Of a stretch of DNA of 61,628 nt, positions 57,378-61,628 are shown piece after piece (position 1 is the stretch's first letter; each line of letters opens with the position of its first letter). The notes below the pieces were generated by a model. That model ran no database searches. It was not told where the DNA came from and worked only from the letters and a program-made list of their open reading frames with translations. The DNA is from a virus, in UHGV virus genome UHGV-1709118; one strand, written 5' to 3'. Position numbers and translations under genes: made by a program.

Positions 57378-57410
57378 AAAGCCCTTTTCCATAAAGAAAG
57401 GAAGGTAGAA

Positions 57411-57692
57411 ATGGAAATTAGAAAACCTACGAATTGGTTGGATGCTAAAGGGATGCTTGACAAAACACTACAAGCAAGATCTACAGTAATCACTGAAGCC
57501 CTTGGGCAAATTATGTTTAATCTTCTAAGTGCCGCAGAAGATGGAAAATTTGCTACTACTATTAATCTTCTAGAAGATACAAAAATTATTACTCAAATAC
57601 TTGAGGAAGCAGACTATAAGGTTCAATTTCTTAAACCAAATGGTGAATACTCACAATATATTGTTTGCTGGGAAAAGGAGGACGAAGAATAA
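57411..57692 (+). CDS. hypothetical early protein
   Basis: 93-aa ORF. Confidence 0.45.
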   Translation: MEIRKPTNWLDAKGMLDKTLQARSTVITEALGQIMFNLLSAAEDGKFATTINLLEDTKIITQILEEADYKVQFLKPNGEYSQYIVCWEKEDEE

Positions 57693-57883
57693 TGATTATC
57701 AAAATTACTGACCGCTACAACGGCGATTTCGCGAAGTTTGATTCTTTGCAGAAAGCCTATGACTACTTCATGGACTATGACAAAGAATGTGAGGGAGATT
57801 GGTGGCCATTGATTACTATTGATGGGGCTTGGGTTCCTCTGGAAGAGTTTTTCGTGATGTATAAAGAAAAGGGGTGCAAATGA
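57692..57883 (+). CDS. hypothetical small protein, tandem paralog A
   Basis: MIIKITDRYNGDFAKFDSLQKAYDYF... similar to next ORF. Confidence 0.4.
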   Translation: MIIKITDRYNGDFAKFDSLQKAYDYFMDYDKECEGDWWPLITIDGAWVPLEEFFVMYKEKGCK

Positions 57884-58074
57884 TAATGACTATCAAAATT
57901 ACTGAGTTATACGATGATGATGTGGCAGAGTTTAAGTCTCTGCCAGAAGCATGGGCTTATTATTGTTATTGGGAAAAAGAATCTAAAGGGAAATGGTTGC
58001 CACTGATATTTATCAATAGAAAGATGGTATCACATGAAACGTTCTATAAGATGTGTAGAAAGGTGGGTGTTTAA
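57880..58074 (+). CDS. hypothetical small protein, tandem paralog B
   Basis: MTIKITELYDDDVAEFKSLPEAWAYY... similar to previous ORF. Confidence 0.4.
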   Translation: MIMTIKITELYDDDVAEFKSLPEAWAYYCYWEKESKGKWLPLIFINRKMVSHETFYKMCRKVGV

Positions 58075-58542
58075 TTGTCTTTACTCTTGTTATTCATTGG
58101 TCTTTCTATCGCCAATGTGGTTTTTTCGACAATCAAAAGCATTGTAACTATTAACGGCACACCATTTTCCGCAAGCATGATTTCCGCTTTATACTATGGT
58201 TATTATAACATAGTTCTTATTTACACAGTCGCGGATTTCCCTCTGTGGCAGAAGGTATTAGTTACCTTTGGCTGTAATCTGGTTGGCGTGTATGCGGTTA
58301 AGTGGGCGGAAGCAAAAGGAAGAAAAGAAAAGTTGTGGCGAATTGAGGTTACTGTCCCTAGTGAATTTACAAAACAACTTCACGAAAGATTAAACCCAAT
58401 CCCGCACAACTATATTGAAAATGTAGGTAAATATTCAATTTTTAATATTTACTGTGCTACACAAATGGAGAGTAGCCAAGTCAAGAAAATTCTGGTGGAT
58501 TACAATGCCAAATACTTTGTGACAGAAACTAAAGAACTCTGA
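58075..58542 (+). CDS. membrane-associated hypothetical protein
   Basis: 155-aa ORF (TTG start) with hydrophobic N-terminal half; terminator 58532-58570. Confidence 0.4.
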   Translation: MSLLLLFIGLSIANVVFSTIKSIVTINGTPFSASMISALYYGYYNIVLIYTVADFPLWQKVLVTFGCNLVGVYAVKWAEAKGRKEKLWRIEVTVPSEFTKQLHERLNPIPHNYIENVGKYSIFNIYCATQMESSQVKKILVDYNAKYFVTETKEL

Positions 58543-58623
58543 GAATACTCAGAGTTCTTTTTTTGTTTTTTCTAAAAAATTATGTTATAATATATATAGA
58601 AATTAAGGAAAGGAGCTTTTCTA

Positions 58624-58740
58624 ATGACCTGTGAATTATTAAAGGCACTTGCGGTGATTATTGAATACTGCTTAAAGCAGGATAATTGCAAAGTTTGTGT
58701 TATGCGTGATTTCTGTTCTAAGATGCCTTGTGAGTGGTAA
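58624..58740 (+). CDS. Cys-rich mini-protein (38 aa, not in ORF track)
   Basis: ATG 58624 after aaggaaaggag; CxxxxC...CxxC pattern. Confidence 0.3.
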   Translation: MTCELLKALAVIIEYCLKQDNCKVCVMRDFCSKMPCEW

Positions 58741-58827
58741 ATTACTTTAAAGATTTTAGAGATAGAAAGGCCCGTTTTAGGGTCGAAATTTCGCACGTCT
58801 AGGTCATCAGAAAAAAAATATCTGGAT

Positions 58828-59028
58828 ATGTTGAAAACTGAATTTGCCAGAAAGCTGGACTCGACTGGTCGATTAGTTATCCCTTCTAAGTTAAGAGATT
58901 ATCTAGGAATGGAAACCGGCCAGTTATTTACTTTTTATATTCAAAAAGAAGAAAATGGAGATGTGTATTTGTGTGTGAAGTGTCCTAGTAATAAAATAAA
59001 ATTTACTTTTGGTGAAAATGCCGATTGA
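58828..59028 (+). CDS. AbrB/MazE-like small DNA-binding protein
   Basis: RKLDSTGRLVIPSKLRDYLGMETGQLFTFY matches AbrB/SpoVT swapped-hairpin signature. Confidence 0.5.
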   Translation: MLKTEFARKLDSTGRLVIPSKLRDYLGMETGQLFTFYIQKEENGDVYLCVKCPSNKIKFTFGENAD

Positions 59029-59053
59029 CATAAGGCTGGTTTTATGGTATACT
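59025..59053 (+). promoter_or_regulatory. promoter for ORF-free transcript
   Basis: TTGACA 59025-59030, 17-bp spacer, TGgTATACT 59045-59053. Confidence 0.55.
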
Positions 59054-59059
59054 ATATAT

Positions 59060-59205
59060 AAGGAGTGGCGGGCTGTGGACAGTGGTCACAGCCCGAAATC
59101 CCCTTTCCACTAGCATATGGCGATTTTTCTAGACTTCTAGCGACCCTTCATATGGCCGGGGTTTTTCCCGAAAGTGGCTCACCCGCTCGGGAAAAATTTT
59201 TTTTA
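59060..59205 (+). ncRNA. candidate small RNA (about 145 nt)
   Basis: consensus promoter upstream; 9-bp GC hairpin 59069-59095; terminator-like hairpin plus T-run 59156-59204; no plausible ORF. Confidence 0.35.
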
Positions 59206-59408
59206 ATTTGTCAAGTCAAAGCCCGCATTTGACTTTTTAAAAATTTAAGGCATAAAAAAAAATCAACTTGACTTTTCAAAAAATAAAAGAAAAAATAAAG
59301 TCAAGTTGATTAATAATTAAAAATATTATATAATATTTATATAAACAAAAGGAAAAAGAAAAAGAGATTGCATATGCCCGCTCGGTTTGTTGAAAGTGAG
59401 GTTAGAGC

Positions 59409-60116
59409 TTAAAATGCGGATTCATACAAGTCATGATCGGTTGATCTAACTAACATTTTTCCAGTCTCATCTCTAAATTTGAATATTACATCCTGAAATG
59501 TACCTTCAAAAGCAAGGCGATCCGCGTGATTTAAATATTCTTCTTTAGTCATGTCAGTTTTTCTAAATTCTTTTTCTAGTAATACCATACGTTGAATAAT
59601 TTCTGGCTTATCACCAAAAATAGCGGTAGTATATTCATCAAAGATTCTTTGCTCCTCTGGAGTTAAATCTCGATAGGGTTTGCCGTTTACTGCTTTATCA
59701 AGCTTAATACCCCACTGATATTTGCGGGTTCCATAGATACCCTTGCTGATTTCATCAGCGGTAACTCCAAATCCTATCACTCCAGCTTTGGTCATACGGC
59801 GTCTTCTTTGACTATCAGTTAATTTAGCATATTGTGGCAAAGAACTAATTTCTTCTGCTATATTAGAAATAGAATTAAGAGGATATTTACGCACTTGGTC
59901 TAAATAAACTTGAACATCTTGTGATAAATCACCTTGATATTCATCAATATAAATTTCTTTTACAATAATACCTCCATATACTTCTTCATAATCACAGTAA
60001 TCTTTTAAGAAAGGCATTACTTGTGATTTCTTTTTGCTTTTAAAAAAGTTATAAGTATAACCAAACCAATCGGCTAACTCTCTTGACGTAATTTTACCTA
60101 ATTGTAATTGTTTCAT
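59409..60116 (-). CDS. helix-turn-helix regulator-like protein, divergent from early genes
   Basis: 235-aa ORF; N-terminal LGKITSRELADWFG resembles an HTH. Confidence 0.45.
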   Translation of the reverse strand: MKQLQLGKITSRELADWFGYTYNFFKSKKKSQVMPFLKDYCDYEEVYGGIIVKEIYIDEYQGDLSQDVQVYLDQVRKYPLNSISNIAEEISSLPQYAKLTDSQRRRRMTKAGVIGFGVTADEISKGIYGTRKYQWGIKLDKAVNGKPYRDLTPEEQRIFDEYTTAIFGDKPEIIQRMVLLEKEFRKTDMTKEEYLNHADRLAFEGTFQDVIFKFRDETGKMLVRSTDHDLYESAF

Positions 60117-60283
60117 TTTATTTTGTCTCCTTTTAAAAAAATTTTTTATATTTGGGCAAAACCTAATAGTGGATACTATTTATGCACTCTCTTATATTTC
60201 TCTAACGGTGTGCATGTTTGATATCTACTATCTTAATTAAATAAAATTGCTACTTTTACTTCACTACTCTACTTATAATAACG

Positions 60284-60355
60284 TAAATAAGTCATCCTTT
60301 GGATGACTTATTTACTAAGGAATAATAAATCGACCTTTGGTCGATTTATTATTCC
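60284..60355. repeat. two tandem perfect AT-rich palindromes (14- and 17-bp arms, each with ttt centre)
   Basis: taaataagtcatcc-ttt-ggatgacttattta and ggaataataaatcgacc-ttt-ggtcgatttattattcc. Confidence 0.6.
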
Positions 60356-60528
60356 ATTAACTTTTCTCTCTCACTTTCAATTTTCCCTTCAGAAATTGTG
60401 AGTTCCATTCCCCAATTTTTTCCAAATGAAAATTCAAAATAACTACTCCCCTATATCCACAATTGAAAATATTAAAAAATTATTATATAATATATATAGA
60501 AAAACAAAAGGAAAGGAATTAAAAATTT

Positions 60529-61083
60529 ATGTCTACTTATAAGGTTAATGATTGCTGTAACGCCTCTACTGCCGAGCTTAACTCTTCTTGCAACTGCAAG
60601 ACTACTATGAAGTTTGAGGACTATATTGTGGACGAGCTGCGCAAGGGCAAGTCTATGGATGAAATTATGAAGTATATCTCTGAGCGAGCTAATGCCGCGG
60701 AGTCTACTTTTAAAGCAGAGCAAAATAAAAAGAAGAGTTTTTGGTTGGTGAAGACTCCTGTTGAGGGTGATAGAGATTTCATTTTTGGTAATCTGCATGT
60801 AAAGATTAATGATGCTCTTGTTCATTTGAGTAATGGTAAGATTACTACTGAAGATTTCATTATTCTTTTGATTGAGGGTCTTTATCAGATTGCTCCTGCT
60901 ATGCGCCCTATGCTTGATGAGATTAGTCTTGATGATGATAGTATTAATCTTCTGGCTGAGAGCATGAATAAGGAATTGAGCAAGATGGATAAGCTTTTCT
61001 CTGTTGCTAAGGCTTTTAGTAATGAGACTGATGATGACGCAGAAAGAATTAATAAGTTTTTGGACTCTCTCACTCTACTGTAA
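60529..61083 (+). CDS. hypothetical protein
   Basis: 184-aa ORF; terminator hairpin 61082-61101. Confidence 0.45.
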   Translation: MSTYKVNDCCNASTAELNSSCNCKTTMKFEDYIVDELRKGKSMDEIMKYISERANAAESTFKAEQNKKKSFWLVKTPVEGDRDFIFGNLHVKINDALVHLSNGKITTEDFIILLIEGLYQIAPAMRPMLDEISLDDDSINLLAESMNKELSKMDKLFSVAKAFSNETDDDAERINKFLDSLTLL

Positions 61084-61162
61084 AAGGGGATAACCCCTTT
61101 TACAGGGGTAGGTGCGGTTGACAAGAATTGAAAATGAGTAATAGGTAGGTGAGTGCTGCGCA

Positions 61163-61275
61163 AAGCACCTCTCCATTTTAGAATATTTTAAGAGATTTTA
61201 TTATAAGCACCTCTCCATTTTAGAATATTTTAAGAGATTTTATTATAAGCACCTCTCCATTTTAGAATATATTTT
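61163..61275. repeat. 42-bp direct tandem repeat, about 2.7 copies (iteron-like)
   Basis: unit aagcacctctccattttagaatattttaagagattttattat at 61163, 61205 and partial at 61247. Confidence 0.7.
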
Positions 61276-61628
61276 AATAAAAACACTTCTCTAATTCGTA
61301 AACCCTTTCTTTTAATCTTCTTTATTTCCATTGAAAAAATAACTTTCAAGGTGATTTTCCCCACTACTTCTTTAAAAACCATTGCAAAAAATCTCTCCTC
61401 TAGTGTCTTTTGATGAGAAAAAACGCTATATCACAATTCGCCAATTAGAAAAAAAATCAACTCAAACTTTTAAACTGGCATCCTCACGAACCTATCTCCT
61501 TTCCGAAGATAATTCCTCTTTGAAAATAGAACGAATCCACGTCTTTAAAAACCGAGAGAATAAACATTTTCTCTCCTTCAAATACACTAATCCCATTGAT
61601 TTCCAAATCTGGGTAAAAGAGTATACTA

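Noticed and set aside
41576-61083. Lysogeny module (integrase, CI-like repressor, attP)
   Set aside because: No integrase-like ORF seen; the HTH gene at 59409-60116 alone is insufficient to call a lysogeny switch.
61163-61275. Possible CRISPR array
   Set aside because: Direct repeats are contiguous 42-bp units without unique spacers and with no adjacent cas genes; better read as a tandem repeat or iteron.

Overview
Low-GC tailed-phage (or prophage) segment in three blocks. No tools were run; all calls rest on reading the sequence and the ORF track. (1) 1-3440, plus strand: the 3-prime part of a diversity-generating retroelement (DGR). Nt 1-15 are the last bases of a variable region whose target gene lies upstream of the window; they are followed by a GC hairpin, an Avd-like ORF, an AAC-rich template repeat (about 700-814), a reverse transcriptase (RT, 1122-2354, no canonical start codon) and two translationally coupled genes. 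(2) 3489-41350, minus strand: a roughly 38 kb morphogenesis operon in canonical order, from Zn-ribbon proteins and large terminase through portal, scaffold, major capsid, connectors and major tail protein to a 2857-aa tape measure and tail-tip/fibre proteins, punctuated by rho-independent terminators. (3) 41576-61083, plus strand: about 45 small early genes arranged as repeated promoter-leader-gene-terminator cassettes. Recognisable products are a ClpP-like protease, SleB-type cell-wall hydrolase, P-loop NTPase, HAD nucleotidase, DnaQ-like exonuclease, two AbrB-like regulators and a GIY-YIG-like protein. This block is markedly more GC-rich than the tail genes and contains a duplicated two-gene module, tandem paralogs and several promoter-driven GC-rich hairpin units with no ORF (candidate small RNAs). 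No integrase, replicative polymerase, tRNA, rRNA or CRISPR array was recognised. The DGR is the strongest candidate for the system of interest; the early-region non-coding units and duplicated modules are the most likely undescribed elements.
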